Source of the DNA: Owenia fusiformis
Taxonomy: Eukaryota
DNA: 64,000 nucleotides
Assembly (NCBI GenBank): GCA_903813345.2
Contig: CAIIXF020000001.1
Coordinates: 21,018,001 to 21,082,000, forward strand
Direction of reading: 5' to 3'
Of this stretch, positions 12,201-25,300 are shown piece by piece (the first letter of the stretch is position 1; each line of letters opens with the position of its first letter). The notes under the pieces were generated by a model, which saw only the letters and a program-made list of their open reading frames with translations, was not told the origin of the DNA and did no database searches. A program made the translations under genes and the position numbers.

Positions 12201-14910
12201 CATATTCCATAAATAAACCCAATCTGTAGGAAACATCTACCTATAGATGTATTGAAATAGGTTGTGGCTTCAAAGTTGTTCACTATACAAAGCTTTTACT
12301 GCATTATACAATTCATACTTATACAAGGGGCGATCCATATATTCTGATAAAAATGCTCTCATTTTGTGACTTTTTCATATATCCCTTTTATTTTTTCAGA
12401 ACATGTAGATTATGTAATTACACATACGGTGCTAAAATATTTAAGCTATATCTTAAATTAATTTTGAAATAAGGTTGCCATGGTAGCCTGTATTTAGGGT
12501 AGGCGGGTCAGTTAAATTATAACGTCTAAAATAGATAAATATGTTAATTTACTCATTCCTCGGTACTTATTTTAAGCAGATCAAACGCATCTTCCAGTCA
12601 TTGCCAACTATTCATTGATCTGTTCCATACCCCTGTTGCCCTTGTTTGATAATTTGTACAGTGGGTAGCTATCTTTTCATAAGTAACATCTCAATTTATC
12701 GTAGTGTTATTCTCTGTCCGCAAGCTTTTCTTGCAACCAGATTGTGGATGATCTTCAACAGTGACCATGCCATCCTCTTTACGATACTACCTATAGATTC
12801 TTTATGCAGATATAACACCTTGCCCATGCTTTTAATGAGTCCATGTATGTCTCTGACAGTGTTCTCTTACTTATTCTTGATAGAAAAGAAAATCTAATGG
12901 TATTCCCTAATGTATCTGTTAATGTCACACTCTGCGTCAGCCACATTAACCTCATCTGACAATTTCATTTTTGGTGTGTTTCATAACATATAATGTCAAT
13001 TGGTCCATTCTGTCCTACAATGCTATTGTGATTTGTTGTGATGTTATAGTGAGCACATATAAACATTTGTTTAGCAACAAACAACGAGTAACAATACCAA
13101 ACTTTTTAAGAAGAAATGCATGATTTCCGCATGCTTTAAAATAATTAAAATAACAAGTTATTATGATATTTATATGTTATAATTTAATTGACCTGCCTAC
13201 CCTTAATACAGGTTACCATGACAACCTTATCTCATTGATAATTTAAGATATAGCTATAATATTTTAGCATTGTATGTGTAATTACATAATCTACATTTTC
13301 TGAAAAAATGAGAGGGATATGTGAAAAAATCACAAAATGAGAGCATTTTTATCAGAATATATGGATCACCCCTTGTATTTGCTTTCAGTATACGGCATGT
13401 GTTGGTGCTGAATGTGGTGCTTACCATAATTTGTGTGCTGTTTGCAATATTCCTGCCCAGTATTGGAACAATCATTAGGTAAATCCTTATCTCATTTGTT
13501 AGCCTCCGTGTGCCTGTATATTCTACCATAAAGGGACAATATTTCAACTCTGTATTTTGAAACATTTGTTACCTGCACCATTAATGAACTCCTTTTCTGT
13601 AAATATTAGTTTGAAAAAAAATGTTTGCCTTTTTGACATTTATTCTCTAGAAAGGAATTATTTATGTGACTTGCCTTATTTGTCTGATTGTCCACCATAT
13701 ATATTGTCTTCTCAAAAGTAATCATATTTTCACTTGCTCCCTCCATTGATAATAGTTGCTCCCTCCATTGATACTACTTTCTCCCTCCATTGATACTACT
13801 TGCTCCCTCCATTGATACTACTTGCTCCCTCCATTGATACTACTTGCTCCCTCCATTGATACTACTTGCTCCCTCCATTGATACTACTTGCTCCCCCCAT
13901 TTATACTACTTGCTCATTCCATTGATACTACTTGCTCCCCCCATTGATACTACTTGCTCCCCCCATTGATACTACTTTCTCCCTCCATTGATACTACTTG
14001 CTCCCTCCATTGATACTTCTTGCTCCCTCCATTGATACTACTTGCTCCCCCCATTGATACTACTTTCTCCCTCCATTGATACTACTTGCTCCCCCATTGA
14101 TACTACTTGCTCCCTCCATTGATACTACTTGCTCCCCCCATTGATACTACTTGCTCCCCCCATTGATACTACTTTCTCCCTCCATTGATACTACTTGCTC
14201 CCTCCATTGATACTTCTTGCTCCCTCCATTGATACTACTTGCTCCCCCCATTGATACTACTTTCTCCCTCCATTGATACTACTTTCTCCCCCCCCCCGTT
14301 GATACTACTTGCTCCCTCCATTGATACTACTTGCGTCCCCCATTGATACTACTTGCTCCCCCCATTGATACTACTTTCTCCCTCCATTGATACTACTTGC
14401 TCCCTCCATTGATACTTCGTTCTTGCTCCCTCCATTGATAATACTTTCTCCCTCCATTGATACTACTTGCTCCCCCCATTGATACTACTTGCTCCCTCCA
14501 TTGATACTACTTGCTCCCTCCATTGATACTACTTGCTCCCTCCATTGATACTACTTGCTCCCTCCATTGATACTACTTGCTCCCCCATTGATACTTCTTG
14601 CTCCCTCCATTGATACTCTATGAGATACTCCACATTGCTTTTCCCAGAATTAATATAAGTTGTAAAGCTTTTGTTTTAATTTCCAGAGTTTGATTCTGTT
14701 TATATATTTTATTTTATGTTTCTCTTTTATTTCAGATTTTCTGGAGCTTTCTGTGGGTTGGCCTACGCTTTTACTCTCCCATGCTTGGTTTACATTCTTC
14801 ATCTCAAGGACATGGGGAAGCTGACTTGGTTTATCTCCATAGTAACCAGCATCATCATCCTCCTTGGTATCGCAAATTTTATTGGACAGTTTTTAGTTAT
14901 AGAGAAATAG
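3240..14910 (+). CDS. SLC38A9: Lysosomal amino-acid transporter/mTORC1 sensor SLC38A9, 3' part (5' exons outside the window)
   Basis: GT-AG exons in consistent phase: 3240-3512, 4039-4143, [5153-5259 or 6404-6510], 7818-7922, 8085-8233, 13389-13478, 14736-14910 (TAG). Peptides match SLC38A9 as I recall it: [44 protein letters not shown]...[73 protein letters not shown]. Confidence 0.93.
5153..5259 (+). CDS. SLC38A9: SLC38A9 alternative TM6 exon A (107 nt)
   Basis: ttatttcag| acceptor and |gtatgt donor; open frame (E)[35 protein letters not shown]; phase 1 to phase 0. Confidence 0.8.
6404..6510 (+). CDS. SLC38A9: SLC38A9 alternative TM6 exon B (107 nt)
   Basis: ttttaattag| acceptor and |gtaagt donor; (E)[35 protein letters not shown]; phase 1 to phase 0; closer to the vertebrate LAFFIHNC motif as recalled. 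Confidence 0.88.
6752..7774. mobile_element. Non-autonomous Tc1/mariner-type element (~1.02 kb) with long TIRs
   Basis: TA|CGAGGGTTGATCATAAAGTTCTCATAATATCTCTCTAAT ... ATTAGAGAGATATTATGAGAACTTTATGATCAACCCTCG|TA; imperfect inverted similarity extends >200 bp; TA duplication at both ends. Confidence 0.9.
8725..11844 (-). CDS. Glutathione S-transferase theta class, nested antisense in an SLC38A9 intron (~227 aa)
   Basis: Exons 11844-11733 ([28 protein letters not shown]...), 11457-11355 ([20 protein letters not shown]), 9486-9336 (VAALQYL...[21 protein letters not shown]) and 9042-8725 ([18 protein letters not shown]...RPKLAVW). They sum to 684 nt in frame. The theta-class catalytic SQPCR motif is intact. 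The acceptor of the last exon is less certain. Confidence 0.9.
10152..11344 (+). mobile_element. Non-autonomous Helentron/DINE-1-like (HINE) element, copy 1
   Basis: 5' TTATCCCATCGAAC..GTTCG..GGGATA hairpin; (GTCC)n microsatellite; ~5 tandem ~134-bp core units; subterminal inverted repeat GTTCGATGGGAT; 3' stem-loop (ACGC-TTTG-GCGT) then ..TTCTGGTT. A near-identical second copy lies at 62819-63881. Confidence 0.85.
12324..13375 (-). mobile_element. Mariner deletion derivative (~1.05 kb) with long TIRs and decayed transposase remnant
   Basis: TA|CAAGGGGCGATCCATATATTCTGATAAAAATGCTCTCATTTTGTGA ... TCACAAAATGAGAGCATTTTTATCAGAATATATGGATCACCCCTTG|TA. A minus-strand remnant, [24 protein letters not shown], resembles the mariner ED..RSGRP linker. 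Confidence 0.9.
13733..14617. repeat. 22-bp minisatellite, ~40 copies (TGCTCCCTCCATTGATACTACT)
   Basis: Direct tandem array read in the sequence, in the last SLC38A9 intron. Confidence 0.97.
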
Positions 14911-16330
14911 TTCATGGATCATTTTTTAAGAAGTATAATTTTACTGGTTTGATCTTAAGTAATGTTTTGTTTTTAAGTAATTTAGTGTACATTGAAGGTG
15001 GAAAATGAATTTTCCATCAAATTGTTTTACAATGAATAAATAGCATTACATAGCAGTTCACTATGTATGTACAGTATACTAAGGAATTTTAATTTTATAG
15101 CATTTATAAATGATTTTTTAAAATGTGTTTCTGGTTTATTTTATTATGAGATATGAGCAATGTCCAGAGTTTATACTGCAATACTGTGTTAATTTGTCGC
15201 ATTTCAATATGTGATACAGGAATTTTTTGTTTAAACTCAGATGATATGGGACCAAAAATGTAGCTAAACTCATTAGGCTAGTAGTAGTATATTTTACAAT
15301 TGAAACAATCATATTTAGTGCAAATGGACTGGCAATATTTTCTTGATTATATATAGGTATATATTTATGGCTCAAATATCAATGTTATTCAATGTAAAAT
15401 GCATGCATGTACTATTATATACTTAATGCAGCTATTGTACAGGGCATTGTAATTATATAGTGCCTTCATTCTTGCTAAAAATCATTATTTTGATATTCAC
15501 AAAATGACATCCAATGCAAGAGCAATTTTTTGTACTGTAATTAATTGCTGGCATTCTGATTTCTGTAAAGTCATTGTAAATGAAACATTTTTTCTGGAAA
15601 TTGATATCAAATGGTAGTGCCTCATTAAACGGCAACCGTACAGTGGGTGTAGCTTCCCAAAATTGAGAGAAATATGCAGCATAAAATATAAGGATAAGCA
15701 GTACACATTATTTTCTATGTCCATTTTATGAAGCTACAGCCGCCATAAAGCAAAGTCAACTGAAGTTTAAAGCATCTCCATATGTCAAGTGTTCTTGTTC
15801 TACAAAAAGCTTTCTTAGATTGAATATGAAAGCAATGCAAATAACTGAAGAATGCTTATGTATATATATTTTATCTTGATTTTTATTCATCAATGTAAAA
15901 ACATTGCAGTTTAATATTTAATAAATATACAATATATTACAATAAACAAAATATTGAATTCAAAATATATGAATAATCTTATTCAGCTATTTACATGGAC
16001 GGTTCTCAAGGTTGGGATTAGTTTCAAACTGCCTCTAAAAAACAAACACACATAAGTTTCAATAAGTCGAGATTCAGTCAGACAAGGGTCTGTTGCACTG
16101 CACATATATTCTTGCAAACAAATAAGTGCAGTATGAAATCCTTTAAACATTACAATATCAAGAGTCTTCCTTAGTACTCTATTGTAAATGTCACTCCACT
16201 GCATTGGTGTGAATGAAGTCCTACATGTGCATTCTTTTGAGCAGTTATGGGAGAAATGATCATACGAATCCAGTCCTTATTGAGATCAAGGCTAGGTTCA
16301 TTTGATGGAATGCATTGAATTCAGTGCCCC

Positions 16331-19300
16331 CTATACTTCAGGTAGCGGTTCATCTTCCTCTTGTTTTAAGCCCAGGTCTCTTAGGAATGATGCCTCCTCA
16401 TCCAAGTAAGCATTGTATTCTTGCTTCATGCGGTACACTATTTCATCTTCTGTTAACTGGACATTAGGCGCAATCTGGAATGAACAATTTTAATTGTATT
16501 TATGAAATACAAAGACACATACGGGACATCCCAAGTACATGTACAGGACAAAACGAATGACAAATATGTAGGATAAAATCAAAATAAGTGGAGACCAAAA
16601 TACATTTTACAAGAACAAGACAAAACCAAAAGCAAATACAGAACAAAACCATATGTCAATTACATGATAAAACAAAGTAAAAGTATAGAACAATTACAAG
16701 ACAAAACCAAAGATAAGTACATGACAAAACTCAAGACACCGGGACAAAACCAAAGAAAGTACAAAACACAAATACTTGGGCAGATCAAGTGCAAGACAAA
16801 AGTGTACAAAGAAACCTGTTAAGTGGAACACCTCCATTGGTGGAACACCAGAGTCTCAAGACTACCTGACTTATGTAAGTGGAACACCTCCCAAGTGGAA
16901 CAGTTTTAGGGGTAGCACACATGTTCCATTTAGACAGGTTTTACTATACAGTACTTAGTCAAAACCAAAGACAAGTACTGGATATAAATGAAGAATAATT
17001 GAAATTCCTACCCCAGCTCTTCTTTTAGATTCTGCTTCAATTTCCATTTTCTCTCGTTCCCTAAAGTCCCACCTTGCAACAACGAACGCTCTCCTCTTTA
17101 CTTCACGATCAAAGTAGTTTGTAACACCTTGTAGCTCATTAGGGGTGGGAACACGAAGACTCCAAGGTATCTCCATGATGTGTAGGGTACCAGAGTTGTC
17201 ACCCACTGCCAGCAGGTGCTGCTTATCTATAACAGTCATTTTAGGAAAAAATCAAACTTGTTATTTATTATTTTGTTAACCTGATACTTTTCAGTCAATG
17301 TATTAGGTGTTGCTAAGGCAAATAAACCAGTTTTAATTCAATTTGTTTCAATATATCACTGAATTTAGCACGTCCAGTAATAAATGAATGGAGGATTAAA
17401 CTTACTAGTTATATGGTAGGGGTATATGCAGGTAATAGGATGAGCTGATACATTCTGATTTAGTGAAGGTTCGTGAGTACGATCCAGTATGTCCCACACA
17501 TCTATGCTGCCATCAACACGTGTGATATAGAACACTCCGGGTCTAGAAGGTGACCAGTAACCTCCTGTAAGACGCTTGGATGAAGGATTTGACTGAAGTA
17601 TAGGCCCAGACTGAAATGGAAATGAGGTATCTTATATTACAGGGTGTCACGTAATTAATAAGATATGCCTGTGTTGTCTCCCTACGCCATTACTTTTCTA
17701 AAATGTTTGAGAAATAGAGTGATGTTCAGAAACTTAATGCAAAACTGGTGTTTCATTTGCTCTGTGGTATGAATGGATAACAAACTTCCTAACAAATGCT
17801 TGCTTATTAATCCATGAAGACTTTTATATTACTACTCTTAAATTTGACGCTTTTGGATTTTAAATTCATATTTGTTTTAGTTGGACTTTGTGCTTTCTCA
17901 TCAGTTGAATTTGAAATACTTACAATGACGCCTTCCTTCCATAATGAGAAGGTCCAGCCTCCTATACATAACAAGACATCTTTGAAGAATGGAGACCTTT
18001 GAAGCGTAACTATAGGGCCATCATGAGCTTGGTGGTAAAACTCAGGCTTGGGGGCTGAAATTGAAAAATCATAAATGAGGTGTATTTGCTTAAAGAGGGT
18101 CAAATTGCATATAACAATATATTACGCCTATACATGTGCTTAGGTATAAAACCTACAAGGGTTTTGCTAATGAATAAAGAAAGAACACAAATATCCTCAA
18201 CAAGACCATTTATTATTGGAGTGTTACAGAAACAATTTAAAATGAAAATGATTTCACTTAGTATGTTTCTTTTTGGCCTCTGAGTAATAAAAGTCCAAAC
18301 TCTCTTCTTGAACTTGTAAGCTATAATAACTTACTGTTTATTTTTCCAGTGTCCTGGTCCTTCTGTGGCATCCAGTCTACATAGACAATCTCTCCATCTT
18401 CTGTCCCTACATAGAACTTGGTCTGCACACTCTTCAACAGTTTATTCTGCTTGGCAGAGCTTGGCTTACCGCCATACTGGAACCCCCCAACAGTGCTAGA
18501 TTCCTTCTTTTCCATCCCTGGGGCTTCATCCTCAACTAAAATTAAACACAATTTGAAAAAATGAATTCTACTGTTATTTGAAAATGGTTATTCAACTAAG
18601 CTAGTTCGTTTCTTGCTGATTTCCCGAGCATGGGATATAATTTCAACATAAGTATTAAGGTGCTACATATTTTATTTAGCATATTCCTGATTTAAACATA
18701 TAGGATCACCCGAAAAGCGAAAATGCCTCTGTAGAATGAAAAATTCATGAAGTTGGAATATTGGTGAATAATTGACAGGCCCTCAAAATAAACCAAGGTA
18801 CGAGTGAGTTAGATTCACAATGTCATAGTATAGGGCTTAGATAAAATGTTGATAGCCAGAATTCAAGTAATTTTTCAAACTAAGATGTGTGATGTGAGGA
18901 TATTCCGCATGATCACATCCTCATATTTTACCTGCACTTCTGTCCCCCTGTCTTTCTTGTATGGTAAATTTTGTAGGAGCGTGATCACCTCCAGGTTCAG
19001 CCTTAGATAGGAACACCTAGAAACAAAGCTTGGGAATAATCATTTAAGTATGGAAGATTCTGATATGTGTGTATCATTCATAATCGATTCTTTTTCTTCA
19101 ACCTATGAGATGCATAACAGCATATAAAATAAAGGTAAATGAACTAATCAATACAAATGTAAATAACATGTTTCCCAGTTCCTTATTTAACTGAATTTAA
19201 CTGAATTTAATGATTTAATTAAGAACCTCTTTCATGACACACATTCGTATATTTGAATTGAAATGGCAACATATTTGATGATACTTCTGGATCACCCTGT

Positions 19301-22300
19301 ATAGAACACTTTTAAACTGACTAAATAATGTACCCTTAGATGTGGTTTCCAGACCAGGTCTAGGTGTTTGAATGTGTTTGGCACCCCCATAGGACCCTTC
19401 TCATCTTGCACCTGGTGCCCCTTTGGAGGCCTCGTGTCCCACACCAACACTGAACTGCAAATCAATAAGTCATGAATATATCAGAAGACAAGAATAATAA
19501 ATTAATCGAATGGTGAATGGGATTTAAACTAACCAAATGTGGATCCAGTATTTTCAGTTAGAAATAGCACACAACCTGAATGAGAGTTTAAAGCTCAACC
19601 AACTAGGGATGGTGTAGGAGAAAAAAAATTGGAATTCGTAAAATTTCAAAATTGATAATTTTTGGGTTTGCATAGGTCCATGCACCACCTATACAATATG
19701 CTCCATCATCAGGCTTTAGTGTTGTTTACTTCAAGAAACTCTGATAACATCTGAGTAATTGAGATGATATGGGGTATATAGGTTATCTGTGCCTTGTATG
19801 TTTACAACAGAATTTACTTACTAATCCGTAGCACAAGTCATGATCTGTACACTTTGTTGAAGTTTGTTTTCCATTGCATAACCCATTCTGTTCAACTGTA
19901 AGACAAAGGTAAATTATTAATTTCTAAGTAATGTAAGAAAAGTGGACTAAGTGGGTCTTTCTTCAGTTTTACTAGCTGCAACAATTGAACGAGAGAAGAC
20001 CTATAGCTATTGATGTACATTTACAAGAAGTACAGGGTGTTCAGTAAGTAAAGCTAATTTTGCTCTCAAACTTTTATTTTTTGTCATTTATCTTTCAAAT
20101 TTTCAGTGAAGAAGCATTTGACATTTGTCTAACTACCCTGAAAAATTAAATAAGATATGATGAATAATAGGCAAACAATGGTTGTCATAGTAACGTGAAT
20201 ACGGGTTCTGCGGAGCAATTTCTTACTTTAATAAAAATGTTATAATGCAATGAAATTGATTAAGATTAATGCTGCATATGTCTTTGTTTGCTATGGCTGA
20301 AAGTCACGATAAACATAACAACAACATACACAAATATGATACCATGGCAACAGTAGTCTATGACATCACAGACAGATGATACAACAGATGGAATGATCCA
20401 GAATGATCCATCAGACACTGCTCCATGACATCATCAAAATCATGGCTGCCAGGATTGCCAATGGAAGCAAAATGAACAATGAAATGAAACAACAATTGAG
20501 AAGTAGCATCAGATACAATGTGTTGCTAGGGAAATCCAAGCAGGATACCATTAGGGATATCCAAAAAGCATATGGGACAGTGTGCCTAAGTACACAATCT
20601 ACAATGATTTTGGAGTATTTTCATGTTTGAAAAATGATCTGCGTGGTAAGATCCACACAAATATCCATGAGCTTCAGAATGCCGTTCAACGTTCGCTGAC
20701 AAAGAACTTTCCAGATGGCTTCCGCAGGATATATCAGAAGTGGATAGAACGACATCAGCTGTGTGTGAAAGCTAAGGGGAACTACTTTGAACATGAAATA
20801 GAATGCTAACTTGAAAGTAGAAATGTGGAGTAGCCACAGAACTATGGTTGAAATATAGACAAGACAGAAACTAACATTAACAAAATCTACTATGCTGTGA
20901 ACTTATAAAATTGCTCCGCAGAACCCGTATTCGCGTTACTATGACAACCACCATTTTGCTGTTATTCATTATATCTTGATCATTTTTTCAGGATAGTTAG
21001 AAAAGTGTCTGATGCTTCTCCACTGAAAATTCGAACGATGATAGACAAGAAATAAAAGTTTGAGAGCAAAATTAGCTTTACTTACTGAACGCCCTGTACA
21101 TTGGAACTAAATAATGTGTTTTGAAGATGTTACCTCCATATGATCTGGCATCCATAGAATATCTGTAATTGCTGCTTTATGACTATTCTCTATACTAGAT
21201 ACAGCACAGTATCTTACGATGGGGATATCCATGGCACTTTCATCTTCAAAACCAGGCTGAAAATAAAGCGTAACACATGATAGTTCTAAATATCACAATA
21301 TCAGCTTTTCACTTGAATAAAATTTTAGACAATCTGATTCTGTGTAAATCTCTTAGATTGCTGAAAATGAAGTTTAGGTTGTGCATCATGCTCATGGATT
21401 TGTTAGCTTTCAGAGAAATTGAGAGTTATGCAATGCACCAAGACTTTAGCACATTTTTACTGACAGCATTTATCATTTTGTCATTTTGGATTTTTTGGCA
21501 AAGTTTATAACTTGCAATCTGATTTTTTAAGGGAAATGCTACCACAACTTATCTTTGTATTTCTCTAGTAAGTCAAAACATGGGATTTCTCTTGAAAGTA
21601 TCATAAAGTAAACTTACAATAGTATTATTGTTTTTCTTCCTTGCATTAGCCCTTGGTGCTTTAAGTCTGTCTATATGTTGTGATATATCCCACAATACCA
21701 GCTGACCATTCATACACCCTCCTGCTATTATATTAGGATCTGTATTACAGAACTTGAATGAGTAGATATCATCAGGAGCCTCCAGTAGTAACTGAAAGAA
21801 GAGAACCAATTGTTGATTAGTCCAAATCACAAGTAGATGGGTCTTCTTTATATACAGGTACATTTGAATAATATATTTAAACCATTAAATATTTTTGTGC
21901 AAGATACAGAAATGTTTATTAAATGTGTATTAAAAGTTAAGACTTTTTAAAAATATGGGCCCATTTTCCAAAAAGGGTCCATTCAAAAGGCCTTTTTGAA
22001 AATGAGGCCCCCAAAATGTCCACCAGTGTTTATGGAGTTATCTATATCATAATAATAGTGGACTCATTTTTGGTTTTCAGTTACATTTGTAGAAAATCTT
22101 AAATATAGAAGGACAAACTATGCCTATTTCTTTTGTTAGACATGTCCTTTATTCAAATACCTGTGGATGAATGGGATCAGCAAAGCTCCATATGAGTATT
22201 AGAGAGGGGGTCATTATGATTTTTTCTGCATTGTCTATCCTATCATCAAATGATATCTTCTCTGATGCAGATACAGCTACAATACCTGAAATTATAGATA

Positions 22301-25300
22301 AAGCTACAATGTACCCCCTATACATAACGACATTTGAAAATGATGATTTGACAATATTTCACAATATAATAACAGTTTAATTATGATAATAGTTTTTTAA
22401 AGAAGCATCTGTTGAACCAAAAGTGCTTCCAGTTTTCACTTTACAGAGGGCCTTGGTCAATCTGCACATGTAGTGCTTTTGTGAGTCTTTCATCAAGTAT
22501 ACCTTTTATAGTTGGATGCCAATCTATGCATGTGATAGTTTTATCTTTGCTGAACTGTAGATCTGTAAATGACTGGTATTCCTTGAGGTGATTATCTGCC
22601 TTGCTGCCAAAACCACTATCGTCATCTCCAAGTTGATTCCAGTCATCAGCAAATACATCCATGATCTCATTCTGTTGCAGAGCCAGCTGAAACCTGTAAT
22701 TTATTAAATATGACAATTGGTTTGTTATACAACTTGTGCTCTAGATCTATATTGCACACCCTACCAGGTATGTAATGACAAGTGACATGGTCCCTGAGAT
22801 TCCCATTCAATATCACACTCTGTGTGTATGTACAAAGCCCATATGAACATGCGAGAAACACATGCACTAAGGGGAAAATGCTCTTCAAATTTTGATTTAT
22901 AAAATAATGTCTATTTCAGTGTTTATACCTTGGAGCCACAGATTTTAGGAATTCTCCAACTTTGGGGTTTTCATTTTCAACCTTCAGTTCTTCCTCATTG
23001 AACTCTCTTGGGTAATATTGAACCTCAGCATTCCTGGGGTGTCTCCAAGTTGTCTGACATCCCTGGTCTATAAATTGAGGGACTGCCTAAAATGGAGACA
23101 CATTATGAGATTAAAATATAAATTGGAAGTCTACCCCTGAATTTGAAATCCATCACTTATTGAAAGTCACAAAATTTGAACATAACTTAAATGTCTGAAA
23201 TATACAGTTAAACCACTTTACAGTGAACACCTATGGAGCCACAAAAATGTGTCCACGGAAGGTAGGTGTTCTCTACAGAAAGACAATTTTATACAGAAAT
23301 CAGTGGAGTATGTGCTGAGAAGGGGTGTTCCCTATCGATGTTCACGAGAGAGAGTTGTTCATTAAAACAGGATTAAATGTACCTCTATGGCATGCTTTGA
23401 TTTGGCTGTTAACAACAGATCTTACTTGTATAGACTTTGTAAGCTCTACTTTCTTCACATCAGGTGTTTTGTCTTCATATGGGGTACATTCAATGTAACC
23501 ATCTTTAGCATCTGCAACATTGCGGTCTGTAAATTTAACTGGAGCACCAAACTCTCTTCGAAGTCTCTTAACACTGATGCTGATCTGGAAAATGTGGACA
23601 AGAGTTTTGAAAGGGTTTTGATTTACATTATTTATGTGTTTTTTATAAATTACAATCCTGAATATTAGAATGCTAAACACTGCAAGGATGGTGAAATTCA
23701 TGATATATCACAGCAACTTCTACTTCTAGCAATAGAAATCTTGTGATAGTTCAACTGGACGATTCACAGAGAGTTATAAATTAAGAGACAAACGCCCGCC
23801 CACCCAACCGCCCGGCAAACTGATTACAATATAGCACCTTAAGACTTACTGAAACACATAGCCACCCAACTTATTTAGAATTCTAAATCTCAACTTTAAC
23901 TTTTTAAAAGTCTAATATAATCTTACTGGCTTTCTTGTTTCTACAACTGCTTCCTCTGCAATTTCCTTCTCACTGCCATATGATATCCAAGGCTTAGATT
24001 CTGGGGGGATGTACTTATATTCAATCTGTTCTTCTTCGACTGCCTCTCCACCTTCACCTCCCTCTGCACCCTCCTCTTCTGGCTACAGGGAGAAAATACA
24101 GAATTTACTTGTAGTAAATGTAAGAGTAAAACACAGAGTGATAAAAATATAACGATAGAAAACACAAGGTTATTAGATTGTATCACCACAATAATTCTAC
24201 AAAAACTAAAATTATTGAAAAATACAACAGGGTGAATAAAATGCAGGAGTTATTACTGTCCACTTACCCCCTTCAGCAGCTTGTCTTTAGCTTCCTCTGT
24301 GAGTGCAATAAGGTAGTTTTGTCCATGCTTGAAATCTGCATCATATACCACAAGTATATCTTCACCTGGATAATCCTGAAATTCAAAATGATTAATCCAA
24401 TCATTCAATCATCTCTAGTATCATAGATCGCCATGGAATTTGGGATAGGGCACTTACGATTTGGAATTGGTGGAATCCATGGATGAATCAAATTCGTTTG
24501 AACAAACACGTGATTTAAACATCACATCTCAAAAGGGATTCTCAACGAACTGCATAACAATGGTGATCGCAAAAGGTCCTTGCAAAGTCCTAATTATTCA
24601 CCTATTTCTAACAGTTCCTATGAATTATTTTTTTGTACGAATGAATTCTTATAACATTAGGAATAAACATCTTATAAAATAGGGTGAATTTAATCGGTAG
24701 GAAACATGAAGAAAATTATGTTCAAAGGATTGATATTTGAGTACTAAGGAACTGAATTGTATTTTTAACAAGTATAAAACACTGACCACTATTGTTTGCT
24801 TTATGACAGAAAAATCTGACACTCCAGCCCGCATTTTCAAATCTTCCAAGATTTCAGCTTTTGGAATTAGCTTGAATGGTTGCTCTTCTGTGACATGTTC
24901 ATCAGCAACACAGGAGAATATTTCCTGGGTCTTAGATGTCATGAAAAATGGTGCAACATTGTCAGGTAGTGCATTCTCATCTTTTTCTTCCTCAGGGGGT
25001 GGCTCTGGCTTCTTCTCTTCCTCCTTTTTGCCACCTTTCTTACCTAAAACAATATTTGTTATGTTATTTATGGCATCATCATATCTTTGATCTTAATTTT
25101 CTAATTAACTGAGGTCAAGAAAAAAACATTATCATGTATTCAGTGTTTTTTGCTCAATATCAATCAAAGTGGCAAAGAAGAATACCAAGTGTAAATTGTT
25201 CTTTTCAATACCCTTGGCAATGTGTTACAATCGTAAAAATAAAAAAAATTACAGCTGATCATATATGGAAGATATTGAAGATTTAAGATGCCAAAAATGT

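Noticed and set aside
13733-14617. CRISPR-like array
   Set aside because: Units are contiguous with no unique spacers, the context is a eukaryotic intron, and no cas genes are present.
17638-19301. TACAGGGTG...CACCCTGTA pair bracketing three DNAI3 exons
   Set aside because: Similarity stops after ~9 bp. The right end instead matches a separate fragment at ~63920, so these are independent MITE ends.
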